Below are positions 16,225 to 25,313 of a DNA stretch of 26,520 nt, in pieces. Each line of letters starts with the position of its first letter. The stretch's first letter is position 1. Both the position numbers and the translations under genes were made by a program. The DNA is from a virus (Duplodnaviria > Caudoviricetes): positions 1-26,520 of IMG/VR virus record IMGVR_UViG_3300033402_000056; one strand, written 5' to 3'. The notes below the pieces were generated by a model that saw nothing but the letters and a program-made list of their open reading frames with translations, had not been told where the DNA came from and did no database searches.

Positions 16225-17121
16225 CTACGGGAGCCACGGAACGACCATTACGTCGACAAGGTCACGGTTGGTATTGGATGCGCCGTTTGCGAGACGTTCG
16301 GCCTTGATGCACTCGTTGGCATACTCGCGATTAGTCGGTCCGCATACCAGAAGGTTGGGCATGATTCCCAGGGGACGTCCTTCGTCCGATTTGAATCCCA
16401 GCATGGAGTCGTAGGCGTCGTTAAAGGCGGCCGGTACCAGCTGCTCCTGAGACCCAAATGCCTGCTGCCAGAAACCGAAGCCGACATTCACGCGGGCATC
16501 GACGCCATAGCGATATTCCTTGCGCATGAAGACCGCCTCGTCCTGCATGGTGACCATGGATGTAAAGGCATATTCGCGGCGCTTCTGGAAGATGAGCGGT
16601 TTCAATGGACGTCTCGTATCGAGGAGGTACCAGGGGTTCCCGCCGGCTGCGGTATGGACATTGGACACGCTGGATATCTCTCCATCGCTGTTAATGACTG
16701 GATGGTCGGTATCGAAGAAATATTGGCCGTCGTAGCAGAGGGTCGTGAAACCGGCAGCGATCAGAGCGAAGATAAGCTCGTCGGGATGGGTGGCGGCCGA
16801 ATAGCCCATTTCGGCAAACATCGGATTGAATATGCCATAGGAATCGTCCTCGATATTGTCGCGATCTACTCCTAACGTAGACTCAAAAGGCAGATTCTTA
16901 AGGGAGTAGTTGTGTGCAGCCATGCTCTTGATTACGCGATCGCCAATCCATTCACGCAGCCTAGGGAATTGGCCGAGCCATGCATATAGCTCGATGGTAG
17001 TGCTCGACGGGACCATGGTGGCAACCTTGGGCCAGTAGATCTCGCTGGTTCTGAAGCCGGTATTGAAAGCGGCCTTGAACCCGGTAAAAAGCGCTTGCAG
17101 GTTCTGCTGGTTGATGATCAT
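16225..17121 (-). CDS. Major capsid protein, Mu gpT family
   Basis: YAWLGQFPRLREWIGDR, CYDGQYFFDTDHPV, PWYLLDTRRPLKPLIFQKR and GFGFWQQAFGS motifs. Start moved to ATG 17121, which follows AAGGAG. Confidence 0.97.
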   Translation of the reverse strand: MIINQQNLQALFTGFKAAFNTGFRTSEIYWPKVATMVPSSTTIELYAWLGQFPRLREWIGDRVIKSMAAHNYSLKNLPFESTLGVDRDNIEDDSYGIFNPMFAEMGYSAATHPDELIFALIAAGFTTLCYDGQYFFDTDHPVINSDGEISSVSNVHTAAGGNPWYLLDTRRPLKPLIFQKRREYAFTSMVTMQDEAVFMRKEYRYGVDARVNVGFGFWQQAFGSQEQLVPAAFNDAYDSMLGFKSDEGRPLGIMPNLLVCGPTNREYANECIKAERLANGASNTNRDLVDVMVVPWLP

Positions 17122-17133
17122 TAGAATCTCCTT

Positions 17134-17188
17134 GTAGGGGCGCAGGAATGAGCGCCCTTGTTTCGGGCGGAGCAAGCCCCGCCCCTAC
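17134..17188. repeat. GTAG-family REP doublet (REPIN-like) in intergenic space
   Basis: GTAG-GGGCG-N10-CGCCC-ttgtttc-GGGCG-N10-CGCCC-CTAC: two inverted palindromes, each flanked by GTAG. Confidence 0.7.
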
Positions 17189-17190
17189 GA

Positions 17191-17598
17191 TTAATTGAAC
17201 TTGACCCAGACTCCGTCGTCGTCTACGTCGGATATTTCGCCAGCTAACGGCCGGGTACTGCCACCATTGGTCAAGGCGACCGTCTGGTCATCCACCACAT
17301 AGCAGTTGTCTCCGATATTGGCGATGGTGATCCGGTCGGCGTTTGCTGAATTGTTGAAGCGGTGCACACGCTTGTCAACGATGATGGTAAGAGCTCCATC
17401 GGCGCCGAGAGAGTTGTCGGCGAACTGGACCGCGACGCCGTCGGCGATAAGTGTGTTGTCTGAAGCACCGGGGACAAGATAGCCTGTTGTGTTTAGGCAG
17501 GCAAGAGCGCCTACATAAAGAATTTTGCCCGCGGCTACGGCACGTCCATACTGGATGCCATCCCTGCGCGGGGTGATGCGATCGCTAGAAAGTGACAT
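17191..17598 (-). CDS. Capsid cement/decoration-like protein
   Basis: LSSDRITPRR, IGDNCYVVDDQTVA and DDDGVWV motifs; this is the usual gene between protease and capsid in Mu-like prophages. Confidence 0.75.
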   Translation of the reverse strand: MSLSSDRITPRRDGIQYGRAVAAGKILYVGALACLNTTGYLVPGASDNTLIADGVAVQFADNSLGADGALTIIVDKRVHRFNNSANADRITIANIGDNCYVVDDQTVALTNGGSTRPLAGEISDVDDDGVWVKFN

Positions 17599-17646
17599 AC
17601 ATCCTCCTGAAATGCGTTAAATGGTTAATGACGAATAGCTAAAAAG

Positions 17647-18141
17647 TTAGATGGCCTTGAGATATTCCTCCTCCGTTATCCCCATCCGCTGGCAGACTTC
17701 CTTCTGCGCCGAGTTGAGAGCTTTGCCGGCGCCGGTGGCGTCAGTATTCTGGCTATCGAGATCGGTATCAGCGCCGATTACTGGAGCGGCCTTGAGGAAT
17801 TCGCGGAATTTGTCAAGGCCTCCCTCCTGGCGGCACATGGAGGAATAGAATTCCCGGGTGGCGGGAACTATCTTGCCGGCCTTCAATGCCCCGTCGATCT
17901 CTGAGTTGATCGCTTTTTCGAGCTCTGCGCTCTTCATTTCCTTGAGGGCCCTCTCGGCATTGTTCGCCTTGGTGACCGCGGCGTCGAACTGCTGGCGAGG
18001 GATGAAGAGGGTAAGGTCGGGTGACTGTGCCTGGTTGAGGGCTGTTGCCAGGTCGCTCTTCAGGGTGGTGACGTGGTTAAGTGCGACTTCTTCGGTTGTG
18101 GTCTCGGGCAAGCCGAGGAGTGCCAAAAGTCTCTTGAGCAT
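17647..18141 (-). CDS. Scaffold protein Z, in-frame internal start within gene I
   Basis: AAGGAGG lies 8 nt before an internal ATG (MLKRLLALLGLPE...). Mu makes Z from an internal start in I. Confidence 0.75.
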   Translation of the reverse strand: MLKRLLALLGLPETTTEEVALNHVTTLKSDLATALNQAQSPDLTLFIPRQQFDAAVTKANNAERALKEMKSAELEKAINSEIDGALKAGKIVPATREFYSSMCRQEGGLDKFREFLKAAPVIGADTDLDSQNTDATGAGKALNSAQKEVCQRMGITEEEYLKAI

Positions 18142-18897
18142 CGGGTGATCCTCCTTCTGTTGTTCCCTATTAAGGGCGTTAACGAATAGATTCGGTTTAT
18201 TTGTAAGGCCAACCGACGATATGCCGCGGATGTTGAGGGTGGCCTTTTCGTAGACAAGCACTGGGGAATAGTAACGATATTCACGGTTCATTACCATTTC
18301 ACTCCCACGTTTGGTCCAGTCGACTTTCCCCCAGACGCTCCCGTCGGAACGGGCCTCCTCTGAGGTGATCCATGCCATGGCGGGGGCCTCTTCTCCCTGA
18401 GGAGCCTTTAGTTCGGATGAATGCTCGATATCTACCGGCATATCGACTCCCCTGGACTCAAAGAAATCAACCACTCCGGAAGGGTCCGGGTTGTTCCAGG
18501 ATCGGCCGTCGCGGCCAGTAACCGGGTTACCTGGAGGAATAAGCATAATTTCGGTGGGAGGACCATCTCCTGAGCAGGCAAGATCAAAATTGAGGGCAAG
18601 CCGTTCAAAGTTTGCCTCGGCAACGTGGACGCCCAGCCTTTGAGCCGCTGAATGCATGCGATCTGAAATTTTCGCAGCCTCGGCCGAGGAGTACTCCTCC
18701 CTGTTTTTCGGCATTCCCCAATACGAGAGGGCCGCATGGATGTGCTCGGCGTCGATCGGATAACGGTAGTTGACCGGATCGGCGAAATCATCGTCGGAGA
18801 CATTCGCGTACTTTCCAGGTTTGGTGACGTTACCGCCGCTCTTAATGGCGATTCCGTATCTTTTTGCGCGTTCTTCCTGTAGTTTCTTGGGATCCAT
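17647..18897 (-). CDS. Prohead protease I (Mu-like) with N-terminal DUF6582-like extension
   Basis: GRDGR, PVDIEH, APAMAWI, VDWT, EYRYYSPV and GLTNKPNL protease motifs. N-terminal FADPVNYRYPID..H..AALSY domain. Confidence 0.92.
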   Translation of the reverse strand: MDPKKLQEERAKRYGIAIKSGGNVTKPGKYANVSDDDFADPVNYRYPIDAEHIHAALSYWGMPKNREEYSSAEAAKISDRMHSAAQRLGVHVAEANFERLALNFDLACSGDGPPTEIMLIPPGNPVTGRDGRSWNNPDPSGVVDFFESRGVDMPVDIEHSSELKAPQGEEAPAMAWITSEEARSDGSVWGKVDWTKRGSEMVMNREYRYYSPVLVYEKATLNIRGISSVGLTNKPNLFVNALNREQQKEDHPMLKRLLALLGLPETTTEEVALNHVTTLKSDLATALNQAQSPDLTLFIPRQQFDAAVTKANNAERALKEMKSAELEKAINSEIDGALKAGKIVPATREFYSSMCRQEGGLDKFREFLKAAPVIGADTDLDSQNTDATGAGKALNSAQKEVCQRMGITEEEYLKAI

Positions 18898-19098
18898 CGA
18901 GGCTCCTTATCTGTACGGTGCTCCTGCACCGTATACCCTCTTTTCCATACGTCTCAAATAAACTGCTTTACAAAACGTCGATGCCTGTTTTCAGAACCAT
19001 GTTAAAACAGTCTTTAAATTTTATTGTGCCTGGACTTCTCCCCCTAGTGCGTATATGGATACCCCTAGACAGCCAGAGGGCAAATTTGGGCGTCTGAA
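18898..19098 (-). promoter_or_regulatory. G-I intergenic region: probable late promoter region, with hairpin next to the I RBS
   Basis: Largest internal intergenic gap (~200 bp) with AT-rich tracts. Perfect stem TACGGTGC-N4-GCACCGTA at 18914-18933. Mu has promoter PI here. Confidence 0.5.
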
Positions 19099-19683
19099 TC
19101 AGTTTTTAGTAAGCCATGCCTCTCCCGCCTCGATCATCCTTCTTATCCCACCCTCTCCTATATAAAGGATGGGTCGCGCAGGAAGCGTTACGGAGTAAGC
19201 TTTGCCCTGGGCCTTCATTCCGTATTTGGCTTTGCCGGGAGTCGCGAAGTGATCAACGTCTTTGCCGGGTCTGCCGTGGGTCATCCGGCCGCTTTTGCGC
19301 TGGTCGAAGTGAAGGAGCCGTTCACGTGCCGCAAAATTGGTTGTCCCTCCGAAGTGCTGAATCCTGGCGTATTTCACGTTTGTCCCGCAGATTGCGTTGT
19401 TGTTGTCCCAGTTGGTCTGGAAAGATGCGGCAAGCCTTCCACGCACCTGGAGGATCTTCCCGGGCCAGTTCCCTTTAGCGCTCCGGGCCCGGATTGTGGA
19501 CTTGGCGAGAGGCACCCACTTGTTTGGGCGTCCCTCATGGGAGAAGTTCTGCTCTATATTGTCATGCATGATCCCGGCGCATGCCATCATAAGTCCAACG
19601 GAGTTGCCCGCTCTCCGCGCTACCTTGTCGAGCACACCGGCGGCCTGGTCGAAATTGTCGGTTACTCTTATCATGTCGCTCAT
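19099..19683 (-). CDS. Virion morphogenesis protein, Mu gpG family
   Basis: NF..EGRP.KW.PLA.ST, ILQVRGRLAAS, GTNVKYARIQHFGG and LPARPIL motifs. Confidence 0.92.
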   Translation of the reverse strand: MSDMIRVTDNFDQAAGVLDKVARRAGNSVGLMMACAGIMHDNIEQNFSHEGRPNKWVPLAKSTIRARSAKGNWPGKILQVRGRLAASFQTNWDNNNAICGTNVKYARIQHFGGTTNFAARERLLHFDQRKSGRMTHGRPGKDVDHFATPGKAKYGMKAQGKAYSVTLPARPILYIGEGGIRRMIEAGEAWLTKN

Positions 19684-20495
19684 AATAGTTTCCTCAATTC
19701 AGGGTCATACCTTTTCGGGTCCGGCTGCCAGTCGAACTTACCTGGGTTGTATGAGAAACCAACATCAGGGGCGACTGTTACCTTTTTGCCGAATTCATCG
19801 AGGCCTTTATAGACGGTGACTGGAGCCATCTCTCCTGTCTTTTGACTTACGATCTCGTCGCGTTCGGATAGTTTTCCAGCCGAGCTTTCAACCTTCAGAT
19901 CCCTCTCGCCCAGGTCGCCTCCGTCCAGGGCGCTAACCCTGCAGCGGCAGCGCCAGCCGTTGGGAGGATAGAAACTATTCCAGAATGGATCATCGCTCTT
20001 TAAGACCTTATCGTTCAGGGCGGCATGCGCCGGCCGAGTCCTGGCATCCATGACGGCCACGTATTGCCAGTAAGGGCGGTTCTCTACATTCTCAATCATG
20101 CTTCGATACCGTCCGACGTTGTATGCTGTCTGAATGTTCTGGTCGAAGATGGTCCGTAACCGGTAAGGGGATCCGAGCTGCACGGAAGTCACTTCACCGG
20201 TTGACCTGTCGACTATTTCCTGTTTTCCCCACCAACCCTTGGTCTTTAGTTTAGGCTCAAGGTCTTTGTTGAACTCCTGGAATGTCGTTCCGTTGTCCAG
20301 GGCATCCTGTACCGCGTCGCGAAGATCCTGGAGAATATCCAGTTTCATTGCTTTAGCCACCGTGAACGCCCTGCTGTGAGCTTCCTGCCAAACTTCCTGC
20401 CAGTCCCACGAGAAGGCGAAGCCTTTCGCCTTGAAATACGCGATAGCCTTTTCAGGCTTGAGGCCGAAGGCATATGCGAGGTCGACCTTATTCAT
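19680..20495 (-). CDS. Minor head protein, Mu gpF/SPP1 gp7 family
   Basis: AFTVAK, RLRTIF..N..TAY..GR, YVAVMDARTRPAH and YPPNGWRCRC motifs. Start moved to ATG 20495. Confidence 0.93.
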   Translation of the reverse strand: MNKVDLAYAFGLKPEKAIAYFKAKGFAFSWDWQEVWQEAHSRAFTVAKAMKLDILQDLRDAVQDALDNGTTFQEFNKDLEPKLKTKGWWGKQEIVDRSTGEVTSVQLGSPYRLRTIFDQNIQTAYNVGRYRSMIENVENRPYWQYVAVMDARTRPAHAALNDKVLKSDDPFWNSFYPPNGWRCRCRVSALDGGDLGERDLKVESSAGKLSERDEIVSQKTGEMAPVTVYKGLDEFGKKVTVAPDVGFSYNPGKFDWQPDPKRYDPELRKLL

Positions 20496-22116
20496 TCGCC
20501 TGTAGTCTCCCCCAAACCTCCGATATGAATACCATTCGCGCCAGAACATTCTGGAGTTTGTCTGTGTTCATCTCGGGGAAAACAGCGACTAGCTTGGACA
20601 TGATTAAGTCCATATCGCTCGTTTCGTTCATAAGCGCAAATATTGGTGCAAGCGCATCGCCTACCAGGTCCTGGAGGTCTCCATCGGTCACCAGCCCGGC
20701 AAGGTCATCGATCTCTTTCTCTCCCGGGAACGGGACATCTCCTTCAAAATTCAATGCCCTGTTTAAAGCCTCCTTTACATCGGGTTTAACAGGCGGCGTA
20801 TCCACACCGGCTGCAGCGTCCGTCTCCTGGGCGGGAAGACCCACGGATACAATATCCCCGGGCTGGAAGCCATATTCCCGCTCGAAATAAGTGGCCGCGA
20901 AACGAACGCCGGCGTTTTTGGAAAGATTGCCGTCACGTATAGACTTCGTTTCAAGGTCTTCAGGCTCGGCAGTAATGAATTTGAACTTGGGATATATTTT
21001 CTGAGGACCGAAGTTGAGATCAACGAATGGACGCACAAGGTCCCTGTTGATAGTCGCAGCGAGTTGCATGGCGTCTGCATCCCGGATGTCTCCGCGCACC
21101 TCGTCATGCACCTTGGCTTGGCTCTGGCTTGCGCCATCGTCGGCGGTCATGGTCTGACCAAGGATCGCCTTACTTACCTGCTTGTCGAGGTACCCGGCAA
21201 GCCCCTCGAAAAGACGCTCGCCACCGGTCGCCTTGGCTGCCTCCTGGAATTCTATCTCCATGCTCTTGGGAAGTACCGCTGCTGCATCGCTGCCAATGTT
21301 GGCCACGGCCATCTTCAATACAGAAAGGTCCTTATCGGTAACCAAGTTGGCGTCGTAACGGCCAAGACGGAGAGGCATGCCGAAGATCTCCACGAATTGA
21401 ACCCAGTCCTTGATGGTGTAGTTTTTGAAAAGGTAGCTCCATGCAACAAGCCGGGCGATGCCGCCACGAAGTGGAATACCGCACTTGAGACGCGGATAAT
21501 GGACGATGAACTTATATGGAACGAGGGGCAATCCGTAGGCCGGGCTTTTGATATCGCGAACCCTGATCTTCGCCCGGCTTATTATGTCGAACTGGAAGAA
21601 ACGAGGATCACGCCATTTGTATGCCTCGGGAGTCCATACCTTCCCGGACCGGTCCCAGCAGATCTCGTTGACTGAATATCCCTTCCCGAGTGCGTCAAGC
21701 TGCTCCTCGAGGAGGTTTCTTAAATTGTCCCCGTCTATAAGCTCGCGCACGGCTTCAGCTATCTTTTCGTCCTTGGCGCTTTTGCTAGCGGCGTCCACAT
21801 CAACGGGAAGCCTTACCACCGCACGCTTGCGGGTGCCGAGCTGGGCAGCATAATGAAGGTCCTTCTCCTCCATCTCCTCGGCCAGCACCATGTATTGATA
21901 GTGGTTGCCTTCGGCTGCATCCTGGAGGAGAGCCGCCATGGTGACCGGGCTCAAAGTAGGGGCTATGGCGTCCGCCCAGATGGTCCGGAGTCCCGTGAGA
22001 GTCGGGAAGGCAAGTTCGCGGCCAAGGAGTTCTGGGATGATGGGGCGGCCGTAAGCGTCAAGGATTTTCAAATCAGCCTTCAGCTTGCCGTTTATGGGAT
22101 CATATGGACTTGCCAT
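20488..22116 (-). CDS. Portal protein, Mu gp29 (DUF935)
   Basis: EEMEEKDLH, DALGKGYSV.EI.W, W..FVEIFGMPLRLGRY, SKAILGQTMT and VHDEVR motifs. Confidence 0.95.
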   Translation of the reverse strand: MASPYDPINGKLKADLKILDAYGRPIIPELLGRELAFPTLTGLRTIWADAIAPTLSPVTMAALLQDAAEGNHYQYMVLAEEMEEKDLHYAAQLGTRKRAVVRLPVDVDAASKSAKDEKIAEAVRELIDGDNLRNLLEEQLDALGKGYSVNEICWDRSGKVWTPEAYKWRDPRFFQFDIISRAKIRVRDIKSPAYGLPLVPYKFIVHYPRLKCGIPLRGGIARLVAWSYLFKNYTIKDWVQFVEIFGMPLRLGRYDANLVTDKDLSVLKMAVANIGSDAAAVLPKSMEIEFQEAAKATGGERLFEGLAGYLDKQVSKAILGQTMTADDGASQSQAKVHDEVRGDIRDADAMQLAATINRDLVRPFVDLNFGPQKIYPKFKFITAEPEDLETKSIRDGNLSKNAGVRFAATYFEREYGFQPGDIVSVGLPAQETDAAAGVDTPPVKPDVKEALNRALNFEGDVPFPGEKEIDDLAGLVTDGDLQDLVGDALAPIFALMNETSDMDLIMSKLVAVFPEMNTDKLQNVLARMVFISEVWGRLQANE

Positions 22117-23760
22117 TTAAAATGCTCCTTGCATGCGTCCGACGCCATGATTGCAGCGCAACGACCGGTCGAAAAGGTCATCGTCGTCATCTTTCTTCTT
22201 TACAGGCTCGTAAGCGTATTCCGCAACGTCCTGCTTGCTGGCGAAATACCCCATTGCTAAAGCAATAGCACCATCGCCGTGGCGCTTGAATTCGGCATCT
22301 TTGGTGTCCTGTACGCGAAGCTTCGGAAGTTTGATTATGCCGTCTATCAGCTCCAGGGCGCGCACGTCGTTTAGAATGTCGACGTCTTTGGGCAGATCCA
22401 TCATCTTGTCTTCAAACGCCTGCTGGAAGGGCACCATGTTCTCCCGGTACCATGAATCATTGAGAATGACCTGATGCACGCGCTCCAGGCCGTACTTTTC
22501 AGCAGTATATTCAGCGATGGTGGCGCCGTTGCCTGTAGCGTCCATGGCGCCTGCCCTGAACTTCGGCAGCCGGTCGATGATGTACCATATGATCTGAGTC
22601 TGATGCCGGGTCGGGACGTTTTTCATCTCAACCATGAAAGGCACCTTTCGGCGCAGATCCTGCTCGATGCTCATCGGGGAGAACACTGAAAAGTCGCCAT
22701 GGCGGGCATAGTCGGAGCCGAAACAGTGCTGTCTTTTCCTATCGAAAAGATCGATGCAAGGCTCGATGTTGACCTTTATCCATTCGGTTATCCAGGAGTC
22801 GCGATAAGATAGAGGCTGCGCGGCAAAATCGCTCTCGAGCGCAAGGCGCACGATCGGCCGCACTTCCGTCATGCATTGCTCGATCAGGATGCCCGGAATC
22901 GCCACTCCGGAGCCCTCGCGGGGAATAGCATCTAGCTCCTCCTTCATGGCTGCCGTATTGGTGCCGTATCCCATGCGGATCTTGTCATACCATGCTTGTT
23001 TACCCTCGGGAGTCACCGTCCAGCCCTTTATCATGCAGACTCGTTCATAAAGGCCGTTAGCTACCGCATCGTCAAAAGTGCAATGGAAGACCTTGAAGGC
23101 GTTCAGGCCGGCACGGCTATCGCGGATAAGCTGGTTGAATGGATTCTTCATGCCGTTATGGGTGGAGATGATCCGGATTTTGCCACCCCAGATAAGGAGA
23201 GCGGTACATGCATCGATGACCGCCTGGACGTTCTTATGGAAAGCGGCCTCATCGATATCGACTATCCCCTGCAGCCCGCGGATGTTTGCAGGGTTGCTGG
23301 AAAGGGCCACGATCTGAAATCCTGAAGCGAAGCGGATGCGGTAAGAGGTGATCTGCTTGCTGGTCCCGTCTTCCTGCTGATCCTCAAAAAGAAAGACTTC
23401 TATTCCATTCCATCCCTCGGCCATGGCGCAAGCCATGATCTTGGTCATATTGGCGCAATATCCTATGAACTCAAGCCCCTTCTCCTTGGTATCTCCTATA
23501 TAATAGACATTATCGCCTCCGGCCTTTTTATTGCTCGAGGCGGTGATGGAATCGTCCAGGGCGGTCGCGTAGGTAATGCCGGTACGTCTCCCTTTTTCTC
23601 CAATGTTCAGGTCATGCTCATGGATCTGCTTGATCCATTCCCTTTGATGGAGCATCAGCACGCCGTCGGCCAGAGGGTCGAAACCCTCGGGAATCTCCCG
23701 GACCTGGGGAGGAAGTTCAGCTGGATCGAGGATCCTTATGACGTCGCCAGGGTGTTTCAT
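22117..23760 (-). CDS. terL: Terminase large subunit, Mu gp28 family
   Basis: EKGRRTGIT (Walker A), IVDIDEAAFH (Walker B), IISTHNG, GSDYARHGD, MDATGNG and RHGDGAIA nuclease motifs. Confidence 0.95.
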   Translation of the reverse strand: MKHPGDVIRILDPAELPPQVREIPEGFDPLADGVLMLHQREWIKQIHEHDLNIGEKGRRTGITYATALDDSITASSNKKAGGDNVYYIGDTKEKGLEFIGYCANMTKIMACAMAEGWNGIEVFLFEDQQEDGTSKQITSYRIRFASGFQIVALSSNPANIRGLQGIVDIDEAAFHKNVQAVIDACTALLIWGGKIRIISTHNGMKNPFNQLIRDSRAGLNAFKVFHCTFDDAVANGLYERVCMIKGWTVTPEGKQAWYDKIRMGYGTNTAAMKEELDAIPREGSGVAIPGILIEQCMTEVRPIVRLALESDFAAQPLSYRDSWITEWIKVNIEPCIDLFDRKRQHCFGSDYARHGDFSVFSPMSIEQDLRRKVPFMVEMKNVPTRHQTQIIWYIIDRLPKFRAGAMDATGNGATIAEYTAEKYGLERVHQVILNDSWYRENMVPFQQAFEDKMMDLPKDVDILNDVRALELIDGIIKLPKLRVQDTKDAEFKRHGDGAIALAMGYFASKQDVAEYAYEPVKKKDDDDDLFDRSLRCNHGVGRMQGAF

Positions 23761-24323
23761 TGAACTCCAAGGACTTGTTGCCGCCAGAAGGCGGCCTGCT
23801 CGGCATTCATCCCCTGCTGTACCGCTGTCTTCTCTACCGCGTCGGCAGCGTCGGTTAGAGCCTGCTTTCTTATCTCCTGCTCATTCTTGATGTTCCGGGC
23901 CGCGGCTGTCTCCAAGCGCTGCATGGTGAGGGCGAGCCCCTTCAGTTGGTCGATAGTGGCGGCCATCTCTTCGCCATCAAAAGCGCCTTCTGTCTGGACT
24001 TTGGCCGAGAGGTCGAAAAGGAGGGACCTAAGCAACTCGTTCACGACCTGACCCATGCGCCCCTGGTCCTTGAGCCCAGCCTGTCCAGTAAGGGAAGAGG
24101 CTACTTCGCGTGATCGACGCAACCTTTTTCCTACGTCCTCCATGCTGGCTACGTACCCTTTGCGGCAATTTGAGCGGGCATCGTCCCATTCTGATCCGGC
24201 CCGGCTCCTCCAGGCTCGCAGGGTGTTTTCACTTACGTCCAGGGCAACTCTGATCTGGGGTATATCCATTCCCTCGGCGTACAGGCGGATCGCTTCCGAT
24301 TCCTTTTCGGCGCGCTTACCCAT
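23757..24323 (-). CDS. Terminase small subunit-like protein (N-terminal HTH; Mu gp27 position)
   Basis: HTH motif AIRLY...I...LDVSENTLRAW...WD.AR; helical C-terminus; ATGA overlap with terL. Confidence 0.75.
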   Translation of the reverse strand: MGKRAEKESEAIRLYAEGMDIPQIRVALDVSENTLRAWRSRAGSEWDDARSNCRKGYVASMEDVGKRLRRSREVASSLTGQAGLKDQGRMGQVVNELLRSLLFDLSAKVQTEGAFDGEEMAATIDQLKGLALTMQRLETAAARNIKNEQEIRKQALTDAADAVEKTAVQQGMNAEQAAFWRQQVLGVQ

Positions 24324-24325
24324 GC

Positions 24326-24628
24326 TTAGCTCCTCGGCTCTGGCCGCTTGACGCCGGGAACAACGGCGCGGCCGGCGGCGACATCCGCGCCTCGCTGAGT
24401 GATGGTGGCCACAAGGCAGCCGGCCACATCGGACAAGTCAAGAAGCCCCTGCTCTTCGAGCCAGGCAAGTTCGCTTTTGATGCAATCCCTGCTTGCCTTG
24501 TGGCCGAACGCCTCGACAACGGAATGCAGGATAGATTCGTTGTGGCTGTAACCTAGATCCTCGGCCAGCGCTCGAAGGATGACGAGCCGGATATCGCTGG
24601 TGATCAATTCCTTGAACTTCGAGTTCAT
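24326..24628 (-). CDS. Mu gp26-like winged-helix protein
   Basis: RLVILRAL, NESIL, ELAWLEEQGL and TQRGADVAAGRAVVPGVKRP motifs. Confidence 0.9.
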   Translation of the reverse strand: MNSKFKELITSDIRLVILRALAEDLGYSHNESILHSVVEAFGHKASRDCIKSELAWLEEQGLLDLSDVAGCLVATITQRGADVAAGRAVVPGVKRPEPRS

Positions 24629-25077
24629 CGTTTGCCCCCATGGGTAAGCAGAAAATCGTTGATCATTTCGGTTATATGAGTGAGGCCCGGCATAGCTCCC
24701 GATATCTTACCCACATCAGCCTTCATATCCGACATTTGTCCTGCTATTTTGTTGATACGCTCGTAAACCTTTTCCAGATCGGAACTCTTCGGAAGGTACT
24801 TAAACTCGCTTTCAATCCGGCTTAAAAGCTCCTTATGCTGGGATAGCCGGTCATTATGGCCGTCGAGGCGTGATTCGGTTTTAAGGTGAGAGGAGCAATT
24901 GAGAGGAACATTTCCGATCTTTGTTTCGATCGCAGTGATTTTATCCTCCTGGGCCTTGAAACGGCGGTTGGTTACTTTTTCACGGTTCGACCACCAGACG
25001 TAAAAGCCAATTGCGACGTCAAAAGAGAGGTGGATGGCATTAAGCCAGAATTCAGGGGTCGGGTTATTGCCAGTCAC
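24625..25077 (-). CDS. Mu gp25-like (DUF2730-type) membrane-anchored coiled-coil protein
   Basis: N-terminal hydrophobic segment, RIESEFKYLP...DL motif, C-terminal I.DFLL; precedes gp26. Confidence 0.7.
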   Translation of the reverse strand: MTGNNPTPEFWLNAIHLSFDVAIGFYVWWSNREKVTNRRFKAQEDKITAIETKIGNVPLNCSSHLKTESRLDGHNDRLSQHKELLSRIESEFKYLPKSSDLEKVYERINKIAGQMSDMKADVGKISGAMPGLTHITEMINDFLLTHGGKR

Positions 25078-25313
25078 ATACTCCTCCTATGATCTCCCAT
25101 TTCGTATTCTATCTGGCATTGCAGGCACCTGACGCAAGATGGCATTACTTTTAATCTGCCAGAGGGGATCGGAAGACCGCAATCGGAGCAACTTCCCTGG
25201 GACCTCGGCGAGGAAGTCGGAGTCACAGAATCAAGCCTCCTGAAATGTTCCCCGAGGGCGATCTCCCTTAGCTGCTCGTTTATGTCGTTGGCGCGGTCGA
25301 TGTCGTCAGCCAT
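25074..25313 (-). CDS. TraR/DksA C4-type zinc finger protein
   Basis: MADDIDRA start and CSDCG..IP..RL...P.CVRCLQCQ. The ATG at 25313 overlaps the end of the lipase gene. Confidence 0.92.
   Translation of the reverse strand: MADDIDRANDINEQLREIALGEHFRRLDSVTPTSSPRSQGSCSDCGLPIPSGRLKVMPSCVRCLQCQIEYEMGDHRRSM

Noticed and set aside
17122-17175. Longer N-termini given by the ORF track for capsid, F (20549), N (10042), TraR (25343) and tailspike (2116)
   Set aside because: Downstream ATGs have better RBS or coupling and match family N-termini.
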